Origin: a virus
Taxonomy: Duplodnaviria > Caudoviricetes
Reading direction: 5' to 3' (one strand)
Virus record (IMG/VR): IMGVR_UViG_3300032285_003957
Span: 170,117-234,116 of that record
DNA: 64,000 nucleotides
Part shown: positions 20,127 through 29,006 of the stretch, one piece after another
How positions within the stretch are numbered: the first letter of the stretch is position 1
Layout of the letters: every line of letters starts with the position of its first letter
The notes under the pieces: model-generated
Database searches by the model: none
What the model saw: the letters and a program-made list of their open reading frames with translations, nothing else
Told to the model about the DNA's origin: nothing
Made by a program: the position numbers and the translations under genes

Positions 20127-20952
20127 TGAAAATTGTTTAGATACTTTAGCTAAGATAAAGGACAACACAATTGATTTAACAATAACATCACCACCATATG
20201 ATGATTTAAGAACATATAATGACCATATTAAAGGTAACAAAACCGAATTCAATGGTTATTCATTTGATTTTGAAAACATCGCAAGAGAATTATATCGAAC
20301 CACCAAGAAAGGTGGTGTTGTTGTTTGGGTGGTAGGTGATGGCACTGAAAATGGTAGTGAAACGGGAACTTCTTTTAGACAAGCTTTGTTTTTTAAAGAA
20401 ATTGGGTTTAAATTGCACGACACCATGATTTATATGAAGAACAACTTCTCAAATCCGTCGTCAACAAGATATCATCAAATTTTTGAATATATGTTTGTGT
20501 TTTCAAAAGGAAAACCAAATACATTTAATTCAATTAAGGATAGAAAGAACATTTATGCGGGCGTAGTTCCATGGGGTAAAAATACTGTTACTCAAAAGGA
20601 TGGAACAAAAATCGAAAGACCAAAAAAAGCATACAGCGATTATGGCCAGAGATATAACATATGGAAGTATAAAACATCTAAGAACGGACAGGAAGATGAA
20701 ATTGCTTATCAACATCCTGCTATATTTCCTTTACAATTAGTTAAAGATCATGTAATTTCTTGGAGCAATGAAAACGATTTAGTCTATGACCCATTTATGG
20801 GTAGCGGGACCACAGCTAGAGGTTGTAAACAACTTAATCGTAATTTTATCGGTAGTGAATTGAACCCTGATTACGTTAAAATAGCTGAAGAAAGGTTGAC
20901 ATTAAAAGATAAAGAAATTAAAAACTCATACATTAGTGACGAATCTGAATAA
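20101..20952 (+). CDS. Amino-DNA methyltransferase, beta class (N4-C or N6-A)
   Basis: DLTITSPPY catalytic motif before the HPAIFP and VYDPFMGSGTTA SAM-binding motif. Confidence 0.9.
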   Translation: MIELNKIYNENCLDTLAKIKDNTIDLTITSPPYDDLRTYNDHIKGNKTEFNGYSFDFENIARELYRTTKKGGVVVWVVGDGTENGSETGTSFRQALFFKEIGFKLHDTMIYMKNNFSNPSSTRYHQIFEYMFVFSKGKPNTFNSIKDRKNIYAGVVPWGKNTVTQKDGTKIERPKKAYSDYGQRYNIWKYKTSKNGQEDEIAYQHPAIFPLQLVKDHVISWSNENDLVYDPFMGSGTTARGCKQLNRNFIGSELNPDYVKIAEERLTLKDKEIKNSYISDESE

Positions 20953-23281
20953 TCCATTTATAAAGGTAACGTGGTCAGACACAGCCGAAAACTTTACTCC
21001 TGAAAAAATCAGGAGAGTTAAATCGTATTTTCAAAACAAATACAATACTAAGCACGTTCAGGTTATCACAAAGAATTTAACGCACATTGAAAACACTCGT
21101 TTACATTCTTTGGAAGTTACTGATAGCATATTAGACCCACAATATCAAAAAACCTTAATGAAGGATTTCATTAAAGAAAACAATATTGATATCAAATGGG
21201 AATTGGTTAATCGTTTGGATGATAAGGTTAACAAACAAATAGATAAGGTTAATGAGAATAAAATTAGATACAATAAATGGTATATTAAAAAAGTTGAATT
21301 CTCCAACTTTCTTTCATTTGGTGATAATAATGTTATTGATTTTACAAATCTTGACGGCATTACTGTAATTGAATCAACACCTAAGAACTTCGGTGGTAAG
21401 TCAACATCATCTGTTGATTTGTTGTTATTTTTATTTTTCAACACAACAACGAAGACAAAAACAAATGCTGAAATTTTTAATAAATTTACGGACAAGAATG
21501 AAGTTAGCGTTCGCGGTGAAATATCAATTGATGGTAACGATTATGTAATTGAAAGAAAAACATTAAGAAAGCAAAGTAAATCAGGTGATTATACTGTTAC
21601 CAACAAGCTTGAGTTCTATCAAATGAATGATGATGGAACTGTTGTGAATTTATCTGGTGAACAAAGAAGAGAAACTGAAGCATTCATTGCATCTGCAATT
21701 GGAACCGAAGAAGATTTCTTATCAACAATCATGACCACTGGTAATAACTTAGAACAATTGGTTGATTCTAAACCAACTGCTCGCGGACAAACTCTTACCA
21801 AGTTCTTGGGGTTAGAAAATCTTAAATCAAAAGAAGAAGTTGCTAAAGGAATATTTGACGAATGGAAAGTTAAGTTGGTTTCAAATAGTTTTGACAAAGC
21901 ACAATTGGAAAATGACATTGAAACTTTTGAAGCAAGTATTGAAAATTCAAATAACGAAATCGAAAGATTATCAATTGAATTAAATAAGTTCAAAGATAAA
22001 TTAGGTTCATTAAATGAAGAAAGGGACGAAGCGTTAAAGTCAAGAAACAACGATATTGACAGAGAATTAATTAATACCAATCCAACAACACTTCAAAATG
22101 AAATTAAAACATTAACGACGCAAAGAAATTTAAGTCAAACAAATGCTAATGGTGTTAATGTTGTTGAACCATCACAATATTATCACGAGGACCAACACAA
22201 AGAATTAAGAGGCCAAATGGCTGAATTACAAGGAATTGATGTTGCGGGAAAATATGAGAAAGGTGAAAAAGAAAAGTTAATCAAAAAATTTGAAGAAGGA
22301 ACCGTTTGCCCTACTTGTAATCGTGCATTAGATGATGTCGACCATACGGATGAAATTGAGAAGATTAAAAAGGAAATTGAAGACATCACAAAAATCTTAG
22401 AACAAAATCAAATTGCGTTTGATTCATTAAAAGAACAATCGGAGGCATTTGATAAATTAAAAGCCGAGTTTGAAACTTACGAAAGAAATAAACTTCGTAA
22501 AGAAAGATATGAGTTGGAAGTTGAGCAGAAACAATTGGAGATTGATGGTAAGCAAACTCGTCTTGATAGATATGAAGAGAACAAGAAAAAATTAGAAGAC
22601 AACCAAAAAATCGATGCTTTGGTTATTGCTTTAAAAACTCAAATCGAAACAACTGAAGGTGATATTAGATTAACAAATACGCTTACTGAAAGACACACTA
22701 ACAACATTCAAACCATGAATGAAAAAATTGGTGTTAATAAAGATTTGATTGTTAAGATAACACAAGAAGAAGAATTAATGGCAGTCTTTAAAACATATCT
22801 AACCATTTATGGTAAGAACGGTATTTCAAAAGTAATCATGAAAAACATGATACCACTTTTAAATCACGAACTTTATCGTTTGTTGGTGGATAGTTGTCAT
22901 TTTATTTTGGAGCTTAATGTCAATGATAAGAACGAAGTTGAATTTGTGATGATTGATACCGAAACAAGAATTGCTAAACCATTAAATGCGGGTTCAGGTT
23001 ATGAACGAACAATTTCGTCGTTGGCTTTAAGAAGTGTGTTAACTAAAATTTCATCATTACCTAAACCAAATATTGTGGTAATGGACGAAGTATTTGGAAA
23101 GATTGCTGATGAGAACCTTGAAATGGTCGGTGAATTCTTTAAAAAGATTAAAGATTACTTTGAACACATACTTGTCATATCACATAATCCTTTAATACGT
23201 AACTGGTCGGATAACATCATTATGATTAAAAAAGAAGACAACGTCTCCTCAATAGATTTTATTACAACAAAAATTTCTTAA
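20936..23281 (+). CDS. sbcC: SbcC/Rad50 (T4 gp46-like) ATPase with an extra ~110 aa N-terminal domain
   Basis: IKKVEFSNFLSFG, variant Walker A NFGGKST, coiled coil with CPTC zinc hook, GSGYE signature, VMDE Walker B, ISHN H-loop. Confidence 0.85.
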   Translation: MTNLNNPFIKVTWSDTAENFTPEKIRRVKSYFQNKYNTKHVQVITKNLTHIENTRLHSLEVTDSILDPQYQKTLMKDFIKENNIDIKWELVNRLDDKVNKQIDKVNENKIRYNKWYIKKVEFSNFLSFGDNNVIDFTNLDGITVIESTPKNFGGKSTSSVDLLLFLFFNTTTKTKTNAEIFNKFTDKNEVSVRGEISIDGNDYVIERKTLRKQSKSGDYTVTNKLEFYQMNDDGTVVNLSGEQRRETEAFIASAIGTEEDFLSTIMTTGNNLEQLVDSKPTARGQTLTKFLGLENLKSKEEVAKGIFDEWKVKLVSNSFDKAQLENDIETFEASIENSNNEIERLSIELNKFKDKLGSLNEERDEALKSRNNDIDRELINTNPTTLQNEIKTLTTQRNLSQTNANGVNVVEPSQYYHEDQHKELRGQMAELQGIDVAGKYEKGEKEKLIKKFEEGTVCPTCNRALDDVDHTDEIEKIKKEIEDITKILEQNQIAFDSLKEQSEAFDKLKAEFETYERNKLRKERYELEVEQKQLEIDGKQTRLDRYEENKKKLEDNQKIDALVIALKTQIETTEGDIRLTNTLTERHTNNIQTMNEKIGVNKDLIVKITQEEELMAVFKTYLTIYGKNGISKVIMKNMIPLLNHELYRLLVDSCHFILELNVNDKNEVEFVMIDTETRIAKPLNAGSGYERTISSLALRSVLTKISSLPKPNIVVMDEVFGKIADENLEMVGEFFKKIKDYFEHILVISHNPLIRNWSDNIIMIKKEDNVSSIDFITTKIS

Positions 23282-23297
23282 TTATTAAAAGTTTCAC

Positions 23298-23305
23298 TAT
23301 ATTTG
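23298..23305 (+). promoter_or_regulatory. TATATTTG, matching the Bacteroidota -7 consensus TAnnTTTG
   Basis: Exact match 18 nt upstream of clpP; looser variants precede other non-structural genes. Confidence 0.45.
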
Positions 23306-23322
23306 TTCAATAAACATAAAAT

Positions 23323-24036
23323 ATGACACAAAATCAATTTAAACACGACTTTGAGCTATACGCTCGCAGCAGCGGTATCGGCTCATTAAATTTGCACAAT
23401 TACGAAAAGCAAATCGAATCCCAAAGAAGTGGTGCTAAAAACAGTTTAACACCTTATATTCTTGAAGAGAGAAGCTTAAATGTGACAGTGATGGATGTAT
23501 TCTCACGCTTGATGATGGAACGCATCTTGTGGGTTGCAGGTGAAGTAAACGACAACATGTCAACAATTGTCCAAGCACAATTGAAATTTTTAGAGAGTGT
23601 TGACCACAACACTATTACTATGCATATCGATAGTCCTGGTGGCAGTGTTAAATCGGGTTTATCTATGGTAAACGTAATGAAATGCATCGTTCCTAAAATC
23701 AGAACAATTAACACAGGTATGGCCGCTTCAATGGGTTCAGTTTTATTGGGTGCAGGTTCTAAAGGATTAAGAGGTTCATTAGAAGATTCTGAAACAATGT
23801 TACACCAATCATCGGGCGGTGCGGTTGGTAATATTCAAGACGCCGAAATTAGTATGAAACAATGGAGAAGAATAAATGACCGTTTATTTTTCCTTTTGGG
23901 TAAATTTAGCGGAAAAACTGGTGAACAAGTAATGAAGGATGCCACAAGAGATTTATGGCTTACAGCAGAAGAAGCCAAAGATTATGGAATAATCGACGAA
24001 ATTATATATATGGATTTGTCAGAATACGATAAATAA
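23323..24036 (+). CDS. clpP: ATP-dependent Clp protease proteolytic subunit
   Basis: DSPGGSV, MAASMGS (Ser), MLHQ (His), RDLW (Asp); LTPYILEER...MDVFSRLMMER N-terminus of Bacteroidota type. Confidence 0.92.
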   Translation: MTQNQFKHDFELYARSSGIGSLNLHNYEKQIESQRSGAKNSLTPYILEERSLNVTVMDVFSRLMMERILWVAGEVNDNMSTIVQAQLKFLESVDHNTITMHIDSPGGSVKSGLSMVNVMKCIVPKIRTINTGMAASMGSVLLGAGSKGLRGSLEDSETMLHQSSGGAVGNIQDAEISMKQWRRINDRLFFLLGKFSGKTGEQVMKDATRDLWLTAEEAKDYGIIDEIIYMDLSEYDK

Positions 24037-24037
24037 T

Positions 24038-24063
24038 AAAAGGGGCCAAAAGCCCCTTTCTTT
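24038..24063 (+). terminator. Rho-independent terminator
   Basis: AAAGGGGC-CAAAA-GCCCCTTT hairpin. Confidence 0.75.
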
Positions 24064-24064
24064 A

Positions 24065-24072
24065 TATTTATA
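24065..24072 (+). promoter_or_regulatory. TATTTATA putative late-promoter element
   Basis: Directly after the terminator, upstream of ATG 24087. Confidence 0.5.
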
Positions 24073-24086
24073 TAAAAACGTATAAT

Positions 24087-24467
24087 ATGAAGATTTTAAA
24101 ATATATAGCATTTATCGTTCTTGCGTGTTTAGTTGGGTATAACTTGTTTACCAATAATGGCATTAAAACGGACGTTGACGCTTATAATCGAAAAATTGAT
24201 TCCATTCAAAAGGAAATTGATTCTGTTGAAACCGAAAACTTAAAATTAAACCAACATATTGCTCAAGTTGATAATGAAATTACAAAAATTGAGGGTAATG
24301 TTACTAATGTTTATAAAAATATAACCGAAATTAAAAATCAAACACATGAAAAAGTTAGCGCTGTTAACGATTATACTATTCACGACCTTATCAAGTTTTT
24401 CTCAGACCGTTACGAAAACGGACTCGATAGTGCCACTCAAGGTGCCGACAGCAAAGTTAATCATTAA
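24087..24467 (+). CDS. Membrane-anchored coiled-coil protein (i-spanin-like candidate)
   Basis: N-terminal hydrophobic helix followed by heptad repeats. Confidence 0.55.
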   Translation: MKILKYIAFIVLACLVGYNLFTNNGIKTDVDAYNRKIDSIQKEIDSVETENLKLNQHIAQVDNEITKIEGNVTNVYKNITEIKNQTHEKVSAVNDYTIHDLIKFFSDRYENGLDSATQGADSKVNH

Positions 24468-24756
24468 AGATTTATTAACTGGCGACGGAGCTAAAGCGGA
24501 ATTGGGTGAAGCCTATAAAGTTATAACTTTAAAGGACCAACAAATTGGTTTATTAAACCAAAAGGATAGCCTTAAGGAAGCCAAAATCAATAACTTAGAA
24601 GTTATAATCGATAAGAAAGATCAACAATTTGCGTTAGAACGTGAAAAGTCTAATAGTTTATTGAAAGAATTAAAAGTTCAAAAACTCAAGACGACAATAT
24701 ATAAAGCGGGTTCTGGTATAGGTTTATTAATGACCGTATTATTTTTACTTAAATAA
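24346..24756 (+). CDS. Secreted coiled-coil protein with a C-terminal transmembrane helix
   Basis: Signal peptide MKKLALLTIILFTTLSSFS-Q; ends GIGLLMTVLFLLK; overlaps the previous gene by 122 nt. Confidence 0.55.
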   Translation: MKKLALLTIILFTTLSSFSQTVTKTDSIVPLKVPTAKLIIKDLLTGDGAKAELGEAYKVITLKDQQIGLLNQKDSLKEAKINNLEVIIDKKDQQFALEREKSNSLLKELKVQKLKTTIYKAGSGIGLLMTVLFLLK

Positions 24757-25391
24757 TGAAAAAAATATTTGACATAAGACACATTATAATTGCATTACTT
24801 GTTGTGATTGCAATTGTTGAATTTATAAACCCAAAGGGTGTAATGCCACATAGAACAATATTGAGAGTTGATACGATTCCCTATGCTGTTCACGATACAA
24901 TACCCGTTGATTCCTTGGTGGAAGTAGAGGTTGAAGTCCCCGTTCCATACGAAGTTGAAAAACGAGTTGAGGTTCCTGTTCAGGTTCCTGTGGATACAAA
25001 TCAAATATTATCAATATTCTTTAAAAAGAATGTGTTTAACAATACGTTAAAATTGTTAAACAATAGTGGAACAGTTTCAATAACTGACACAATAAGTGAA
25101 AACAAAATAGTGGGAAGAAGTTTCAAAGCAAATATTAAACCAAAAACCATTATCGATACTGTATTAAAAGTGGTTCCACCTAAGAGTCAATGGTTTGCAG
25201 GATTTGAAGTTAAGGTTGATAAACCAAGTGTGGTTAGAAATCTTGATGTTGGTTTAATGTATAAATCAAAAGATGACAAAATATTTAAAGTAGGTGTAGG
25301 TGTTGAGAATGTTATGACAAGTTCTACCTCAGGTAAGTTTGAACCATATATTGGCGGAGGTGCGTATTTCCCCGTTAAATTAAGAAGATAA
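24756..25391 (+). CDS. Membrane-anchored hypothetical protein with a beta-rich C-terminus
   Basis: N-terminal TM segment, VEVPV repeats, alternating beta-strand pattern at the C-terminus. Confidence 0.6.
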   Translation: MKKIFDIRHIIIALLVVIAIVEFINPKGVMPHRTILRVDTIPYAVHDTIPVDSLVEVEVEVPVPYEVEKRVEVPVQVPVDTNQILSIFFKKNVFNNTLKLLNNSGTVSITDTISENKIVGRSFKANIKPKTIIDTVLKVVPPKSQWFAGFEVKVDKPSVVRNLDVGLMYKSKDDKIFKVGVGVENVMTSSTSGKFEPYIGGGAYFPVKLRR

Positions 25392-25398
25392 CATATAT

Positions 25399-25836
25399 AT
25401 GAAAACTTTTATATTATTCATTTTCGGTCTATTTGACGATATGGAAGACATTGAATATTTCTGTAGCGACATTCTATCTGAATGTAAAACAATATCTTCA
25501 GTTCGTTATGTAATTGAAAACGGCCAAAACATTATAGTGATTTTTGACGCAGATGCTGAATATAAAGAATTGGCGCAAGATTTATATGCTAATATCGCAA
25601 ATGAAAACATTAAACTTTATTTTATATTTGAAAGAGATACCTTGGTTACAGCGCATTTACCTCAAAATGTTAAAGACTTTATTTTTAGACCTTCAAGCCC
25701 TGATGATTTCCAAGTTAGGTTGGATTATACCCATACTGACATCACTTTAGATGATGTGTTGGATAAGATAGAAGAGAACGGAATCGAGAGTCTTACTCCT
25801 GAAGAAAAAAACTTCTTAGATAATTTTGAAAATTGA
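25399..25836 (+). CDS. Hypothetical protein with a DUF6576-like C-terminal motif
   Basis: LDDVLDKIEENGIESLTPEEKNFLD. Confidence 0.55.
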   Translation: MKTFILFIFGLFDDMEDIEYFCSDILSECKTISSVRYVIENGQNIIVIFDADAEYKELAQDLYANIANENIKLYFIFERDTLVTAHLPQNVKDFIFRPSSPDDFQVRLDYTHTDITLDDVLDKIEENGIESLTPEEKNFLDNFEN

Positions 25837-25886
25837 CATATTTTTCTTAATTTAGTCCTTACAGTTCAACACTTAAAATTACCAAC

Positions 25887-26708
25887 ATGAAGAAAGCTAC
25901 CATCTCAAACACTGATGAGATTAAACAGTATGTGAAAGACATTCGTAAAATTCCAATTATTTCCTACGAAAGACAAGAAGAAATTTTTGCTGAATTGAAT
26001 GACAAGCAAACAACAAAACAAAGAAAGAAAGAATTGTATGATGAATTGGTAAGAGGTAACTTACGTTTTGTCATTTCAGTTTCAAAAATGTTTCAAGGTC
26101 AAGGGATGGATTTGCTTGATGTTATCTCTGAGGGTAACATAGGATTAATTAAAGCTGCCGAAAGATTTGACCCAACAAGCGGATTAAAGTTTATCTCATA
26201 CGCTGTATGGTGGATTAGACAATCAATCATGCAATCATTAAATGAGAATGCAAGAACAATTCGTATACCATCAAACTTAGTTCAAGACGCACAAAAAAGT
26301 AAACGTAATGAAGTAAGTGCTGAAGATAATTTTCATATCAAGAGCGAAGAGAATGATAAAGAACAACCAATAGGTGTTAACTTACCATATTGCGTTGGTT
26401 TATATAGAGAGATTAATGAAGAGGGCGACCAATTAATTGATATGATACCAAATCATAATTCACCAAGCCCTGAAGAATCTCTTAATTCACCTGAAGAAAT
26501 TAAGAAAAAAGTTTCTTTGATGTTGGGTATTTTGGACGAAAGAGAAAAAACAATCATCGAAAGATATTACGGTTTAACAGGTGTTGAATCAAATCTTGAA
26601 GATTTGGGTGAGGAATTTGGTTGCACAAAAGAACGTATTAGACAATTACGTGATAAGGCTATTAAGAAGCTTAGAAACGAGAGTTTTGGGCTCTTAAACT
26701 ATTTATAA
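25887..26708 (+). CDS. rpoD: RNA polymerase sigma-70 family factor, RpoD-like
   Basis: GNLRFVISVSK, EGNIGLIKAAERFDP, KFISYAVWWIRQSI (region 2); region 4 HTH TKERIRQLRDKAIKKLR. Confidence 0.9.
   Translation: MKKATISNTDEIKQYVKDIRKIPIISYERQEEIFAELNDKQTTKQRKKELYDELVRGNLRFVISVSKMFQGQGMDLLDVISEGNIGLIKAAERFDPTSGLKFISYAVWWIRQSIMQSLNENARTIRIPSNLVQDAQKSKRNEVSAEDNFHIKSEENDKEQPIGVNLPYCVGLYREINEEGDQLIDMIPNHNSPSPEESLNSPEEIKKKVSLMLGILDEREKTIIERYYGLTGVESNLEDLGEEFGCTKERIRQLRDKAIKKLRNESFGLLNYL
26700..26707 (+). promoter_or_regulatory. TATTTATA putative late-promoter element
   Basis: Embedded in the last codons of the sigma gene, 4 nt before ATG 26712. Confidence 0.5.
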
Positions 26709-26711
26709 TAG

Positions 26712-28211
26712 ATGATAAATAAAAATTGGTTAAAAATATTGGTAGCAATATCTGCAATTATGATTGCGGGTAGCGCAGCTTATTTTTCTGTAACAGGATT
26801 AGGAGTTTTATTTAGCGGCGCAGCTGTAGCTGTCATGGTAATGGCGGGTTCATTAGAATTCGCTAAATTGGTAACTGCAACTTATTTAAAACAAGAATGG
26901 GATAATGTTAGTGGCGTTAATAAATGGTATCTAACAAGTGCTGTGGTTATTCTTATGGCTATCACATCGGCAGGTATCTTTGGTTATTTATCAAATGCTT
27001 TCCAACAACAGAATTTAAAATTAGAGCAGGTTCAACGCGAAATCGATGTATGGAATAATAAAATAACTTACACCAATCAACAAATCGCCACATTACAAGG
27101 ACAACAAAAAGATTTATCAACCACACAAAATACCTTATTAAGTAAGGGTAATGTTAATAGTAAGTTAATTAAATCAGCTGACAATAGAGATAAACAATCC
27201 ACAAAGTTATCTAATAAAATTAATTCACTTCAAGACTCAATCGTTGTCTATAACGGTAAAATTAACGACGTTAAAAATGCAAACATCGGTATTGAAAGAG
27301 AAGTTGGTGGTTTCCGTTTTGTGGCTGAAGCATTTGGTGTTGAATTAAAATCCGTAGTTAAATTCTTTATTATTTTAATCGTTGTTGTATTCGACCCATT
27401 AGCTGTAGCATTAGTAATTTCATTTAATCAACTTATGCTTGTTACTGGTAAAAAGAAAGAAGAGAAAGAAGAATTAGAACCAACAACAAACCCTGAAGAT
27501 TTAAAAAACTTTGTTGACGAAACGGTTAGATTACGATTAAGCGAAGACGATTTAAAGAAGTTAGAAGAAACTTTATTAAATCCACCACCACCAAATGATG
27601 CACTTAAAGAAGCAGCCGAAAAATGGAATGGTGTTTCTCAAGAGGTTTGGGATAGAATGGAAAAGATTAGAGAATATAATGAATCAATTCACGGACCAAT
27701 TCTTCCTGAAGATGAACCGGTAGGTGCTTTAGCTAATAGCGAATATAGAGAACGTGGTGAGATTCTTGCTGAGATGATGGCTAACGATGAGGAGTTAGGT
27801 CTTTATGATGAACCATTTGACAATCCAATGATTAAGAACGACGAAGACCAATCATATGACGTTGAAAATGGAACAGAACAACTTAATGAATGGGATGTTA
27901 CTTTAATGGATGGGTTAGATGATGAAGAAAATAATTTCCATGAAGAGCCAACAGTGGAGGAAGAAAATGAAAATTTTTCCACTATCGAACCAATATCTGA
28001 AAATATTTTCCAAGAAGAGGAATACGCAATACCTGTTGACGAAGCTGTAGATAACGAACCCGAATTAACTTTTGAAGAAGGACAATTACCTGACGATATG
28101 TTAAAAGTTTTAAATGATGTTCAAACAGAAACGTTTAGTCAGGAACCAACAACGTTATTAGAACAAGATGCAACTACCTCTAAAGAAGAAGAGGAAGAAA
28201 AAAAAAACTAA
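26712..28211 (+). CDS. Multi-pass membrane protein with periplasmic coiled coil and acidic cytoplasmic tail
   Basis: Three N-terminal TM segments (SAAYFSVTGL, SLEFAKLV, TSAGIFGYLS), coiled coil, TM VVFDPLAVAL, E/D-rich tail ending at an A10 run. Confidence 0.75.
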   Translation: MINKNWLKILVAISAIMIAGSAAYFSVTGLGVLFSGAAVAVMVMAGSLEFAKLVTATYLKQEWDNVSGVNKWYLTSAVVILMAITSAGIFGYLSNAFQQQNLKLEQVQREIDVWNNKITYTNQQIATLQGQQKDLSTTQNTLLSKGNVNSKLIKSADNRDKQSTKLSNKINSLQDSIVVYNGKINDVKNANIGIEREVGGFRFVAEAFGVELKSVVKFFIILIVVVFDPLAVALVISFNQLMLVTGKKKEEKEELEPTTNPEDLKNFVDETVRLRLSEDDLKKLEETLLNPPPPNDALKEAAEKWNGVSQEVWDRMEKIREYNESIHGPILPEDEPVGALANSEYRERGEILAEMMANDEELGLYDEPFDNPMIKNDEDQSYDVENGTEQLNEWDVTLMDGLDDEENNFHEEPTVEEENENFSTIEPISENIFQEEEYAIPVDEAVDNEPELTFEEGQLPDDMLKVLNDVQTETFSQEPTTLLEQDATTSKEEEEEKKN

Positions 28212-28426
28212 TAACGAATTCACAAGAAGAAATCAATACAGAGGAAGACCACCCCTTAAGCACGGAAGATATTCAATCGTCACCTTTGGAGGAAACGGAT
28301 ACCCAAGACTTGACTAACCCAATAGAAGACTTATATTGGGAAGGAGGGACAAATTTACCTGCCCCACCAAAATCGATATTAATCACAAGAAATGTTAGCA
28401 ATTCACAATATAGAAACAATAGATAG
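28198..28426 (+). other. Candidate -1 frameshift site (A10, A-AAA-AAC) with a ~72-codon acidic extension
   Basis: Zero frame stops at TAA TAA right after the run; -1 frame reads LITNSQEEINTEEDHPLSTEDIQSSPLEETDTQDLTNPIEDLYWEGG... to TAG at 28424-28426. Confidence 0.55.
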
Positions 28427-29006
28427 TTCTAAACTGAACATACATAAACGTAAGACCAAGAAGACTCAGATATTATTATATGATACTGAAAGAAGAGTCG
28501 ATGATTTTATTGCTAAAATAAAATACAGACAAAACGAGAAATATGAAGACATACCTCATTTTGTTGTTTCTAAATTAGGGTTCGTTTATCAAATATTCGA
28601 TACTAACTACAGTTCCACCACATTTAGGAATTCTACCATAGATAAACGCATTATTAAAGTTGCGATAGAGAACTTAGGGTGGTTAAATAAAAATACAATA
28701 ACTGGTGTTTTAAATAATTGGATTGGTGACCCATACAGAGCTGAACCGTATGTTAGAACATGGCGTGGTCATTTCTTTTGGGACAAGTATCCTGAAAGCC
28801 AAATGGAGGCCGTATCACAATTATGTGATTACCTATGTGAAAATAATAACATACCCAAACAAGTGGTGCCATCCAATGGGTATTTGGAAAAAGCAGCTAA
28901 TTTTAAAGGAGTGGTCTGTAAATCAAACTTTGCGGATATTTATACAGATATAAACCCTTCGTTTAATTTTAGAATATTTTTTAATGATGCAAAAGAAATT
29001 AGTTAA
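28392..29006 (+). CDS. N-acetylmuramoyl-L-alanine amidase-fold (Amidase_2-like) protein with atypical Zn ligands
   Basis: PHFVVSKLGFVYQI, VAIENLGWL, YPESQMEAVSQLC, INPSF; LLYDT where HxT is expected. Confidence 0.6.
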   Translation: MLAIHNIETIDSSKLNIHKRKTKKTQILLYDTERRVDDFIAKIKYRQNEKYEDIPHFVVSKLGFVYQIFDTNYSSTTFRNSTIDKRIIKVAIENLGWLNKNTITGVLNNWIGDPYRAEPYVRTWRGHFFWDKYPESQMEAVSQLCDYLCENNNIPKQVVPSNGYLEKAANFKGVVCKSNFADIYTDINPSFNFRIFFNDAKEIS

